Shown here in pieces: positions 30,918 through 41,626 of a stretch of 64,000 nt of DNA. The stretch is from a virus. The stretch's first letter is position 1; each line of letters starts with the position of its first letter. Under the pieces are notes generated by a model. It worked only from the letters and a program-made list of their open reading frames with translations, did no database searches and was not told the origin of the DNA. The stretch is from the IMG/VR virus record IMGVR_UViG_3300036832_001138, positions 9,078 to 73,077 of that record, one strand, 5' to 3'. A program made the position numbers and the translations under genes.

Positions 30918-31574
30918 TCATGCTGGCAACAGTGCCATCGCGTCGGCGTGGCGTTGGTTGAATTCTTCGACCGCGGCCGGGCCGTCCCGCTCCGCGACTT
31001 CGCGCAGCAATGGGAGGCCACTATCGATCGAGTCGATTATTTCGTCGCGCGTCGCCTTGCGACCACGCGCGTACCATTCGAGTGCGATCGGATCGCCGAG
31101 CGAAAACAAAATGCCAGGATTTCCCATGCCATCGGTGCGAAAGGGGCGATAGCTCAGCGTGATCCAAATCGCCATTGCGCCGGGATTGCGCTCGACGTGA
31201 ATGCCCGGCGCTTCGATGCGATTATCCGGCAAGTCATGCTCGTTACGCTTGCGTTCCGGATGCGCCAGAAACGGGCAGGCTTTTACGGCGAAGCGCGCAC
31301 ACTCAAGATGCGACGGCGGCTCGGAATTGACGCGGTTCAGCGCACACATGGGGCCCAAGATAAAGGCGAGATGCTTTCCCAAGCGCTCGCCACATATCCA
31401 ACAAAGCTTTTGATTGACCGCCTGCGCGAGCCACGACGTATGCACGGCACGAAAATCGGGCTTGCCGTCGACCCACGCGACAAACCGCGGCACCGGAAAA
31501 CCATTTTCTGATATCGGCAGCTTTAGCATTCGTGCCGGAATGTCGAGTTTGGAAATTGCGTGATTATAGTTCAT
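30918..31574 (-). CDS. Conserved phage hypothetical protein
   Basis: 'CWICGERL..EPPSHLECARFAVKACPFL'. Confidence 0.65.
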   Translation of the reverse strand: MNYNHAISKLDIPARMLKLPISENGFPVPRFVAWVDGKPDFRAVHTSWLAQAVNQKLCWICGERLGKHLAFILGPMCALNRVNSEPPSHLECARFAVKACPFLAHPERKRNEHDLPDNRIEAPGIHVERNPGAMAIWITLSYRPFRTDGMGNPGILFSLGDPIALEWYARGRKATRDEIIDSIDSGLPLLREVAERDGPAAVEEFNQRHADAMALLPA

Positions 31575-33531
31575 TGCTCGAATTCTCCGGTTTCAGCGAT
31601 GGCGATCGCATCGCGCGCCATGCGGATAAATTGCTCACGGTCGCCACGGTGGGCAAAGGCGGAGAGTCCCATCGTTTCCAGCGCGATCATCATTAAGGTT
31701 GCGTGCTCGGCTAGCCCGTTGCGCTCGGCCATGGCAAATAACCGCAGCGCCGAGCGGCGCAGATCGTTGCGAAAGCAGTCGGCCGCTTGTGTGAGCGTAA
31801 TCGCATCATTCAGTCTGCCATCCGCTCGGTCGTGTTGGATCGTCATGGGGGCGTGGCGGCTCGTGCCGTCCTTTATCCTTAGCAAGAGCGAGAAGTTCGC
31901 TCACATCTTGCACACGCATCACCTTCTCAATTATCTTGTTAAGGTCGACGCGCAGCGAGCGTATTTCATGCTCAATTTGGTCGAGTCGGGAAGGGGCCTC
32001 GCGCGTTCGCTCCCCGCTATCCACACGTCTTTCCAGCGCTAAAATTCGCCGAGCGAGCACAGCGGGATGCAATTCCATCGCTTCGAGCACGCGCATGCGC
32101 TCGCGCATGTTCTCTATCGACCCTTCGGCCCGGTTCAAGGCGTCGAGCGCAGCCGATATCTGCAACGCCAAATGCTCGGCTCGCGGGACGATGCTCTTGT
32201 GGACGAAATTTTCCAAGCGGCGATGCTGCTCGTCGAGCACTTCGGCCGCGGCGCGGTCGCCCCATCGCTGCCAATTCGGCAGATCAACCGGGACAAGCCG
32301 CGTACCCTGCGCTCGCAAGGTGCGTGGCGGCGTGAAGCCGGTAATCTTGCGCTTGATCTTCCGTTTTCGCTTTTTCATTTGCATTCGACTCCTAGTGGGC
32401 GGTCACCGCAATCAGGAGAAAACCGCAATGGGTGCGAGCACGTTGCGAGCAGGCCGAAAAGTATCAGTGCGACGCCGAGCGCTTTCATGACGGATCGACG
32501 CCGCCAATTCGCAGATGGTCGAGCGCTTTCGCGAGGCATAACTGCGCTGCATAGGCGCGCAGGAGCTTGGCCGTTAGTTCGAATTCTCGGGCGCTGCCCG
32601 GCTGGTCGCGATCGCGCGCCTCTTTCGCCCATACTTCGCGCTCCGCGGCAAGCGTGAGTGCTTCGTCGGCGGCTTTCGGCAATTCTGCCGGAGTGTATTT
32701 GGTGGGGATCACGGCCATCATACAAACTTCGGTGCGTGTTGTTTTTCGTAATCGTCGAGGATCGATTCCATGATCCGGATGCGCTCGGCGGCTTCGTGCG
32801 GCGTCATCTTGTCGTCACGCACAAACCGCGGGTAAACGCCGCGACGCATCGCAAGCTCGCGCCTGATCTCGGATATCTTTTGTTCCAGCGTGTAGCTCAA
32901 ATCCAAATCTCCGCGATCTTCGGGTCGTCGAGCGGGTGACGTTCCATGCGCACCAAACCGCGCGGTATCTTGCCGCGCACTTCGTCGAGCGTGAGCCCAA
33001 CAAATACCGCTCCGGTTGCCTCTGTGCGTCCGCGGCCGAGAAGCCACTTTCGCGCGACGTAAAACGTGGGCAGGTCGAGCGGATGGTCATAGATCACCCA
33101 TAGCGGCAGATCGTTTGTCATCGCCATTCCGATATCGGCGTCGGATCGAGTAGCGATCGCGGGGTGAATGTTTCCATTAGAAAGCGCCACACGCGTGGAA
33201 ACAGATCAACCGCCGCACGCATCGGTTTTGGTTCGGTTACTGGTTGCGCACCATTATCACTGCGCACAGCGCGAGCCCGATCATCGATCCGAACAGAATC
33301 AGCAACTCGGGGGGTAGGTGCGCGAGCATCGGGTTGCCTCCAATAGAGCATCGACTTCGGCATGGTCGCGCGGCCGACGAACCAACATCGCTTCTGATCG
33401 ATCTCGCGCCAACTCCAATACTCGCGCGACATGGGCCGCTCGCTGCACGCGATGCGCCCTTGCCCGTGCGCAGGCAAATCGGCAATGAGCATGAACGCGA
33501 AGCTTGCGGCCATCGGCGCGAATCTCACGTC

Positions 33532-33939
33532 TTAGTCCGGCGCTGGTAGAAGTGGCTGCATCGTGCCGCTCTCATAGATTTCGGCGATGCGCGGCGCGGC
33601 AGTCTCGTAAACCGTCTTGCCATCGGGCATGACGATGTGAGCGAAAAACGCTTGCTCGAATGTCTCGATACGGCTGGCGACACTTTCGAGCTTGGCTTTG
33701 ATGCAAAGAAGTAACGCGCGCCAGCGCTGCCGCCGCTCTTGCGCGATTTTATCGCCCGCGCCTTCCGGCAACGGCAAGAGAAACCGCACGCGGCGGTTCT
33801 TGGCTTCGAACATCACGATGGCGCGTCCCGGTTCGATGACCAGCCCAAATTTGTCGGCACCATAGCGCGCAACGGCCGCTTCGATTTCCGCTTTGGATTG
33901 ATTTTCCGGAACACGGGTGCGCTCGGCATATCGGCTCAC
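33532..33939 (-). CDS. Conserved phage hypothetical protein
   Basis: 'RQRWRALLLCIKAKLE..FEQAFFAHIVMPDGKTV'. Confidence 0.65.
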   Translation of the reverse strand: MSRYAERTRVPENQSKAEIEAAVARYGADKFGLVIEPGRAIVMFEAKNRRVRFLLPLPEGAGDKIAQERRQRWRALLLCIKAKLESVASRIETFEQAFFAHIVMPDGKTVYETAAPRIAEIYESGTMQPLLPAPD

Positions 33940-36032
33940 GCGATATCCTCAATTTTGAATTCGAGATGCATTCCGTCATTCGATTGCACGTTCGCGCGAT
34001 AGCCGTGCGCGTTGAGCGTGCGGTTCACGAGCGAAAAAAGCTTCACGTCGACAAGATAGGATTCATTGGCCGCGTGAAGCTCGGCGATGATTTGCGCGAC
34101 GGGGATCATCCCATCCTCTGCGAACTTGAATGTCACTCCATCCGCTCCGTCGCCGCTGCCCACGACGCGGCTTCCGCTTGAAGCTCGTTGATGCGTTCCA
34201 CGAGTTCGGCATTTCGTTCTTGTAGTTGCGGCACGATGTCTGCCAAGTGCTGCATACGTTGCACTTCCGCGATGCTGGCGGGATCACCGAACACGTTGAA
34301 GCCCGACCATGACAGGCCCGCGAATTCGAGGTTGGCGGCAGTGAGTGCATCGGTGAATTCCCCCGGTGGAATACGCTCACGATTTTTCATGCGTGCTTCT
34401 CTGATCAGTTGTTGCCAGAAACCGGCTTCGTTTTCGATGTCCTGACGCGTGACCACTTATTGCATCTTCGCTGTGCGACGCGGCAGCATGCCCACAAGCC
34501 GACCTTGCGATGTTGGCCTCAATTGATGATCCATGAATTCGAGCGGGGCGAGCGTCGGCTTGCCGGTTTCGCGGATGATGCGGCGATGCGCCACCATCAT
34601 GCCGCCTTCGCTATCTTCGCCCATGAACGCGATGACTTCGACGCGATTAGGGAAATCAGCGATGGTCCCGCCTCTCTCGATCCATTCTTTCGCTCCGCCG
34701 CCCGTCGCGGTCCATGCCTCATCGATGAACAGGCAGCACACCACGTCGTTAAGCTCGAAGAACGCGCGCATGATGGCCACGCTCGTATCCTTGTCGCCGG
34801 ACGGCGGCATAACCACCGCATGCTCGCCGTTGGCTTTGACCACGTGCCACATCGGACGAACCGCGCCCGTTTCCGCAAAGCGATCCTGCGCCCAAGTTGA
34901 CGCATGCTCGATCATTTCGCGAAGCTGCGCGGTGCTCATTTGAAATCGCCGGTTGTCTGATCGACGCGCGGATCACTCCGGCGCGGTGGCGCTTTGGCAA
35001 CGCTGGCGATGCGATCGAGCGCCGAGCGCATGTCGGTGATGCCTTGACTCACGTGCGAATGCCGCGCCGCTTCGGCGCTGGCGATCTCGGTCAAGACGTT
35101 GGCGGCTTCTTCCGCATTCTCTCTTGGGACGGCGCGGAGCTTGGTCACTTCATTGGCGGCATGCTCGATTGTCTGCCGCGCCTCGTCGCCCAACTGTGCC
35201 ATGCGTTTGGCGAACGTGTCGCCGATCTCGCGTAGCTGTTTGGCGACAGTCTCGCCTTCTCTGATCTCTTGATCGGAGATCGCGCGGATTTTGTCGGCCG
35301 CTTTGATGCATGCATCCATGACGCTATTTGCTGCCGCAGGCACGCCGCCGTTGCCGCGCTTGAGTTCATCGCTCGTAAGCTTGGCGAATTCCCGTTCCAT
35401 CGATTGCGCTAGATCGTGATCAGATGGCATTTTCATTCTCCCCTTGTCTGAAAGGTTCAGGCCATTGCCAGATTAGTTGTCCGTCGACACGAATCACCGG
35501 CCGCTTTAGCGCGCCAGCCCTGATCTCCGCCTCGACCGCATGATGATCGGCGAACCAATCGACCTTTGGTATTTGATCGAGCGGCAGGTCGATCGTGTCG
35601 CCCGCTTCGTCGAAGCCATAGGCTACCGCGTTGCCCGCGTAGAGCTTGCTATAGATCGCGAAATAATGCTGCTTCGCCGCCTCGACTCTAAATCCCCACT
35701 CGTAAACCACGACACCAACGCCGGACCTGCCATCATGCGCGCGGCGCACGAGCCCGTGGTCGACTTGCAAGCGATCGAGCCCGGCCGCGTCATAAACATC
35801 GTGAAGCTCTTTCGCTTCGATCGGCACGATCTCGCGCGCTGCCGGGCGGATGATCAGAAAATTCATGATCGATATCCGACGCTCGCCTTGTTGTGCGCGC
35901 GGATCGCGTCTTTGCGCATGGAGTCGGAAAGACTCTGCACCGCGAGCGCCGTTTCCGACGTGCCGCGTTTTGGGTACACCGTGACCAATAGCTTGAGCAC
36001 CATGTGCGCAAACCAAATGCGAAGCAGGTCGG

Positions 36033-37196
36033 TCATTTCAGCGGTATCCCGTCGTATCCGTCGAGCCACGCTTGCCAAAGCTTTTTGTCTTCGCGGTACT
36101 CGCCGGGGATCGCCTTGCGCTGTACGCCTCTGATCTTGTCGGTTTGTCCGTGGCCCCACGCCTCGATCTCCGCCTCTCGCCCTTGCATGTTGCCCGCGAT
36201 CTCGCGCGCCTTCTCGCCAAGCTCGCGCGCTTGGTCGACTTGTTCTTTCGGTGGCAGAATCTCGGGATTGGTGTCGGCAGCGCCGGGATTGCGAGCGCCA
36301 GAGGGGACGCTTGCTTCCCGCACGCCACCGTTCGCCGCGTCGCCTACGGCATCATCATGCTGTGCGGCAGAGTCAGTCGCTTGCGTCGCGGTCGAACTAA
36401 AACCGGCACCGAAATCGTCGAGCGTCGAGGCGACCGACGCCGGACCGTGCTCAATCTGCGGCTGCGTGCGGTGCTCATACGGCTCGGGATGGCCGATCGC
36501 GTCCATGCTCTCGGCTTCGTGCCGGAATACGTTTTCAATATCCGATGCCATCGGCAGCGATTTGGCATGCCGCCGCATGACGGTCTTGCGCACCATCTCC
36601 GGATAAAATACGTCGTCGTCCCACGGCGTCGCACGCTTGGCGCGCACGGCAGGCGACTTCAAACGAATTTCTTCGATCTGATCGATGGTCATCCATTCGA
36701 TCGATTTGCTTTCGTCGTCTTTGAAGGTCGCGACACTATACGCGCCGATGATCTTGCGCTTCGAATTGCCGGTCAGCGATGGCTTGTGATGCACGTAGGG
36801 CCGATCGCCGAATGCGATATCGAATTGGTCGCCCTCGAATACGACCTGACAATTTAGGTCGTTGATCAATCCCGATGCGCGAACCTTTTTGCGCAGACCG
36901 ACCACCATCGGTTGATAGGTCGCGATCAGATCGGGGCCGGATTTGAACGGCACGATCGCCGCCTCGCGGCCGTCGAGCATCAAGCCATCTTGCGCCGCAT
37001 GCATCATGACCGAGAGCAGCGAGCGCGGATTGCAGCGAAGCAAGTCCGGCTTATCGTTGAGCGTGGTGAAAACCACGCGCTTAAACTTATCGACGGTTTC
37101 CTTCGGCATCAGCATCGCGAATTGCGAGCTTGATTTTTCGATTAGCTCGCGCAGCGCGCCGGATTGATCTTGCTTAGCCGGTGTAGTCGTTGCCAT
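36033..37196 (-). CDS. recT: RecT-family ssDNA annealing recombinase
   Basis: 'AAQDGLMLDGREAAIVPF', 'VFEGDQF', 'PW..EMVRKTVMRRHAKSLP'; near the YqaJ gene. Confidence 0.9.
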   Translation of the reverse strand: MATTTPAKQDQSGALRELIEKSSSQFAMLMPKETVDKFKRVVFTTLNDKPDLLRCNPRSLLSVMMHAAQDGLMLDGREAAIVPFKSGPDLIATYQPMVVGLRKKVRASGLINDLNCQVVFEGDQFDIAFGDRPYVHHKPSLTGNSKRKIIGAYSVATFKDDESKSIEWMTIDQIEEIRLKSPAVRAKRATPWDDDVFYPEMVRKTVMRRHAKSLPMASDIENVFRHEAESMDAIGHPEPYEHRTQPQIEHGPASVASTLDDFGAGFSSTATQATDSAAQHDDAVGDAANGGVREASVPSGARNPGAADTNPEILPPKEQVDQARELGEKAREIAGNMQGREAEIEAWGHGQTDKIRGVQRKAIPGEYREDKKLWQAWLDGYDGIPLK

Positions 37197-37526
37197 TTAC
37201 ACTTTCCCTCATTCACCCGCCGAGTTAGGAGTAAAGCGAAACTCCGGCTCGGATGGGCGCATGGCAAATTGCCGATGCGCATCGTCGACTTCCTCGCGCA
37301 GCACATTGAACATTTGCCCGACTTCGTTGGGAGTCAACACGCCGCCATTGCGCTGGCCGAGCCTGCCGAGTTGGCGCAGCCCGCGCAGCACGCGCGAGAC
37401 TCGCGTTTCGGTTTGCACCCGGTATTTATTCGCATCCATTAGTTTCCTCCGTCTCAAGTTTGGTGGGGGCGCGACCGGGAGTGTCGGTTGCGGTGGCCGC
37501 GCCCCCGCGGCGACATTGGTGAGCGC

Positions 37527-38480
37527 CTACGCCGCCGCCGTGCCTTCGTCATCCTTCACAGCACGAAGCTGCCGATAGGTTGACGCGCGCACGAAGTGTT
37601 CCTTCTTTTGCACCGTCTTTAGGGTTACGCGCCAACCGTTCACGAGCGCGATCTCGGCGTCGCCGATCTTTTGCTTGATCTCGATATCAATCTCTTTGCA
37701 GCGCGCTTCCGCGGTGTCGCAATCGGCTTTGACTTTCTCGCGCTCGGCAAGCAATTCGTGCACGCGGTTATCGCTGCGCAGATCGATGGTTTTGCCCGGT
37801 GTCGCCGTGGCATGCATCGCCGTGATCAGCGCGGCATCGCGGGTAAAATCCGCCTTCGGCGTATTGCCCGCCTCAACGTCATGCCAAAACCTTTGCACGC
37901 CATCGCGGATGCGCGCTTCCGCCGCTTCGTGGCGCGGCACTTCGAACTCGTGAAGCTCCGGCGCGCCCCACGGCTTGATCTCAAGCGCAGCGATCAATCC
38001 AAACTCGGCACGCGCGAGCATCATGCACGTGAGGCATTGCAGGCTAATCCATGCGGGCGCGCCGTCGGTCCAATAGCGCTTGAATTGCGCGCTGGCGACG
38101 GTCTTCGCCTCGACGATGCCGCGTCTGCGCCCGGTCGGCCTGATCTCGGTACAGAAAAAGTCCGGCGTCCCGCCGAGCCGCAATTGCGTGTGGCGGAAAT
38201 AGGAGTTGGCCGCGCGCAGTTTCCAATCCGGATGTGCGCGTTGCACGTAGCGGCCGACCAACTCTTGAAGCTCGATGCCGCGCGCCATCACGCTGCTCAT
38301 CGCGCGCTCGGGAAGCTCGACGCCGCGCACCTTGGCGTGCAGGCCATAGATCGTTTCGTAAGGGTGCAGACCAAACAGTGCGCCGACCGTGCCTGCCGTC
38401 ACGTCGTGCTTTCGCCACGCGAGCCATTCGGCTTCGCTGGTTATGATACGGCGTTCGATCGTGGGCGGCTTCTTTGGCAT
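37527..38480 (-). CDS. YqaJ-like viral recombinase exonuclease
   Basis: 'EWLAWRK..TA', 'RG.EL', 'GGTPD', 'EAKT', 'LQ'. Confidence 0.85.
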   Translation of the reverse strand: MPKKPPTIERRIITSEAEWLAWRKHDVTAGTVGALFGLHPYETIYGLHAKVRGVELPERAMSSVMARGIELQELVGRYVQRAHPDWKLRAANSYFRHTQLRLGGTPDFFCTEIRPTGRRRGIVEAKTVASAQFKRYWTDGAPAWISLQCLTCMMLARAEFGLIAALEIKPWGAPELHEFEVPRHEAAEARIRDGVQRFWHDVEAGNTPKADFTRDAALITAMHATATPGKTIDLRSDNRVHELLAEREKVKADCDTAEARCKEIDIEIKQKIGDAEIALVNGWRVTLKTVQKKEHFVRASTYRQLRAVKDDEGTAAA

Positions 38481-38759
38481 CCGGGCGCTCGCGGATGGGG
38501 TGAGGGGCCAACGGTCCCGATTCGCACAATGTCACGCTATGCGGGCAAGTCAAAAGATTTTTTGCGCGAAGCGGTACGCGTCAGCGACGTTGACCCAAAA
38601 ATATCCCGCTAACCGCCGGAGCTTAGAAGGTTTTGCGCCTTTTCCACATGCCCCGCCGGGACGCTCGCGACACGTTGCCGGTGACGGCCTCGCGGCGTAT
38701 GGTTTCAAGGCTCTGTCCGGACTCGGACTTTCTGCGAAAAATCATGCGGAGGCAATACC

Positions 38760-39149
38760 ATGGCTGATAGCGGCGGCAACGGCTATGACCGACAACAATT
38801 GGAGGGATTTCTCAGCGAAATCGATGACGCGGATGCACGGCTCGCGTCACTCAAGGGCGAGTATATGCAGTCGTGCAAGGGCGTGCGCGAGGATATCTCG
38901 GCGGTTTACGATCGCGTCAAAGACGCGGGCGTGCCGCAACGGGCATTCAAGACCATCGTCAAAAACCGGCGCTTGAACCGGCAGATCGACGCCAACGTAC
39001 AACGGCTAGAGTTGGACGCGCAGGCCGATTACGACAAATTGTGCGAAGACCTTGGCGACTATATCGACCTTCCCCTTGGCCGCGCCGCGGCCGATCGGGC
39101 CCGGCCGCGTGCTGCCGAATCGAACCTCGACTCGCTCGCCGCAGGCTAA
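38760..39149 (+). CDS. GapR/DUF2312-like nucleoid-associated protein
   Basis: 'QQLEGFLSEID..EDISAVYDRVKDAG..AFKTIVK.R..LPLGRAA'; GGAGG RBS. Confidence 0.7.
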   Translation: MADSGGNGYDRQQLEGFLSEIDDADARLASLKGEYMQSCKGVREDISAVYDRVKDAGVPQRAFKTIVKNRRLNRQIDANVQRLELDAQADYDKLCEDLGDYIDLPLGRAAADRARPRAAESNLDSLAAG

Positions 39150-39250
39150 CGCCAGCGCCGTAATCTGTAGGCGCGCGGTGGGCGGATGGGGGCCACCATC
39201 ATGCCTGCCGCGTGGCGTTCCTTCCGGGCTTGTCGGGATGCGGCGGTGCT

Positions 39251-40858
39251 ATGGCATTCGAGGGCGAAGCGCCCAATGGCGCGGAAATGTTTCTTACCGA
39301 GCGCGTGGCGCTGCATCACGGCGATTGCCGGGCCGTGCTCGCGACCCTGCCGGAAAATTCCCTCGATAGCTGCGTCACCGATCCGCCCTATCACCTGATC
39401 AGCATCGTCAAGCGCTTCGGTGATGAAAACGCCAAGCCTGCGAGGCCGTTTGCTCGATCAAATCTTGTACGTGATCCCGATACATTGCAGCCGATTATTG
39501 GTAAGCAGAGCACGAGTCAATATGGCCGCCTCTCGACCGGCTTCATGGGCAAAGTTTGGGACGGCGGCAATGTTGCGGCTGATCCCGAGACATGGCGCGC
39601 GGTGTATCGCGTGCTCAAACCGGGCGCGCATCTTCTCGCGATGGGCGGCACCCGCACTTATCACCGCATGGCGTGCGCAATCGAGGATGCGGGGTTTGAG
39701 ATCAGAGATTGCGTGCAATGGCTGTACGGCTCTGGATTTCCGAAATCGCAAAACGTAGCAATTGCTATTGATAAACAAGCTGGAGCATCTGAGCACAGAT
39801 CAAAAAGGTTCAATACAGCGGGTGGCGGCCTGCCACCAATCGAAAAACAAGAACTGCGATCAGACAACTCTGAATATCAGCCGTACTCACCTAAAATTGA
39901 CGCCGCGCGCGAATGGGAAGGATGGGGCACCGCGCTCAAGCCCGCCTGCGAGTTGATCGTGCTCGCGCGCAAGCCGCTCTCGGAAAAGACCGTCGCCGCC
40001 AATGTGCTCAAGTGGGGAACGGGGGCGATCAATGTGGATGGGTGTCGGGTTCCGACAGACGAGAAATTGAATTCGCGCGATGGATACAAGACTGACGGCT
40101 TACATGATGGCTACAAGCGCCCTTGGATGACTGATGAAAAACATGACGCTAGATCGCGAATTGCTATTGAAAAAGCAGAATGTCTTGGACGCTGGCCCGC
40201 TAATTTAATCCACGACGGAAGTGATGAAGTCGTCGCGGCGTTTCCTGACGGCCGTTCTGCTGGCGACTATCCAAGTGAAAGTCGGGGAACCGGAAACGGC
40301 ACAACTTATCTGCCCGTAAAACCGCAGGGCCAACTCTATTCCGATTCCGGTTCTGCCGCCCGTTTCTTCTACACCGCGAAGGCCGACAGCGACGATCGGC
40401 TCGGCTCAAAGCACCCCACGATCAAGCCGCTCGACCTGATTCAATATCTTGTTCGGCTGATCTCACCGCGCGGCGGCACAGTGCTCGATCCGTTTGCCGG
40501 GAGCGGCACAACCGGCGAGGCGGCATGGCGCGAGGGCATGCGCGCGGTGCTGATCGAGCGCGAGGATGAATACTGCGCCGATATTCGCCGCCGCATGGCG
40601 CTCGTGCTCGCCGGTCCGGAGGAACGCACGCGCGAATCCATCAAAGCCCGCGGGCAGGTCGAACAGAATGCGGGGCCGCTCTTTGATTGGAAACCCCGCT
40701 CGCAAGGCTCGCCCATTGCGCGGGTGCTTCAATCATGTCCGCTTTATCCGGGTTGCGGTTGCGGCACGCAATCGGGCCCGCATACATGCGAATGGCGCGC
40801 GCAGGACCGCGATCGAGAGCTTTATCGCGGCCGCACCAAATCCGGAGACATGATGTGA
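39251..40858 (+). CDS. DNA N6-adenine/N4-cytosine methyltransferase, beta class (start uncertain)
   Basis: DPPY catalytic motif precedes 'HPTIKP..VLDPFAGSGTT' SAM-binding motif. Confidence 0.9.
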   Translation: MAFEGEAPNGAEMFLTERVALHHGDCRAVLATLPENSLDSCVTDPPYHLISIVKRFGDENAKPARPFARSNLVRDPDTLQPIIGKQSTSQYGRLSTGFMGKVWDGGNVAADPETWRAVYRVLKPGAHLLAMGGTRTYHRMACAIEDAGFEIRDCVQWLYGSGFPKSQNVAIAIDKQAGASEHRSKRFNTAGGGLPPIEKQELRSDNSEYQPYSPKIDAAREWEGWGTALKPACELIVLARKPLSEKTVAANVLKWGTGAINVDGCRVPTDEKLNSRDGYKTDGLHDGYKRPWMTDEKHDARSRIAIEKAECLGRWPANLIHDGSDEVVAAFPDGRSAGDYPSESRGTGNGTTYLPVKPQGQLYSDSGSAARFFYTAKADSDDRLGSKHPTIKPLDLIQYLVRLISPRGGTVLDPFAGSGTTGEAAWREGMRAVLIEREDEYCADIRRRMALVLAGPEERTRESIKARGQVEQNAGPLFDWKPRSQGSPIARVLQSCPLYPGCGCGTQSGPHTCEWRAQDRDRELYRGRTKSGDMM

Positions 40859-41418
40859 AAAAGATCGCCGATCACCTCATTCTCGGTTTGGATATCGCGA
40901 CCGTTACCGGTTACGCGATTGGCGCGCCGGGCACGGTGCCGCGCTGCGGATATATCAGGTTCGGCGAGGCGACGGCTTCGGCGAATTCGATCTTTGGCGC
41001 GGCGCTCTCGTGGTTCTCTGATTTTCTCAAAGAGGAACCGCGGCCGACCATGATCATGCTCGAATCCATGCTGCCCATGGCAGCGATGAAAGGCGAAACC
41101 CATCGGCAGACGCGCGATCGCCTCGCGGGGCTGCACGGCGTGTTGCGCGCCGTCGCCTTCTGCCGCGGGATTCACGATATCGGCGAGATCGGCGTGATCG
41201 CCGTGCGCCAGCATTTTTGCGGCGCAGCCAACGCGGGCAAGCACGGCGTTTATGAGCGCTGCCGCATGCTCGGCTGGCCGGTCAATGATCTCAACGCATC
41301 CGACGCCGCGGCGATTTGGAGCTATGCGTGCGGCATCGTGCGGCCGGACACCGCGATCAGCGTCACGCCGCTCTTTCATGGGCGACCGTACAGGGTGACC
41401 GCAGGAGCGGGATCGTGA
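40855..41418 (+). CDS. RuvC-like resolvase/endonuclease
   Basis: GTG start overlapping the MTase stop; 'ILGLDIATVTGYA..E..NASDAAAIW'. Confidence 0.7.
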   Translation: MKKIADHLILGLDIATVTGYAIGAPGTVPRCGYIRFGEATASANSIFGAALSWFSDFLKEEPRPTMIMLESMLPMAAMKGETHRQTRDRLAGLHGVLRAVAFCRGIHDIGEIGVIAVRQHFCGAANAGKHGVYERCRMLGWPVNDLNASDAAAIWSYACGIVRPDTAISVTPLFHGRPYRVTAGAGS

Positions 41419-41626
41419 GCGAACCTGCGCCCCGCCCATGGGATTGGATTTTCGTCGCGACTGGCAGCGGGAGCGACTTTGGGCACGTCTACATCGTCGA
41501 CGCCAACAACCGAAAGATCGCCGCGGTGTGGGGCAAGGCGGGCGAGAAGCAAAAGACTGCGGACTTGATCATTGAAGCGGTGAACTCTGCCGATCAGATC
41601 ATTCAATCCGCAAGCAAGGAACAGCC

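Noticed and set aside
36907-36924. 14/18 match of the 5787 solo guide target within recT
   Set aside because: Four adjacent mismatches in one half; this level of match is expected by chance
40855-41418. RuvC-like gene as the nuclease partner of the Tas-like protein
   Set aside because: Opposite strand and coupled to the methyltransferase/primase operon, a normal phage position
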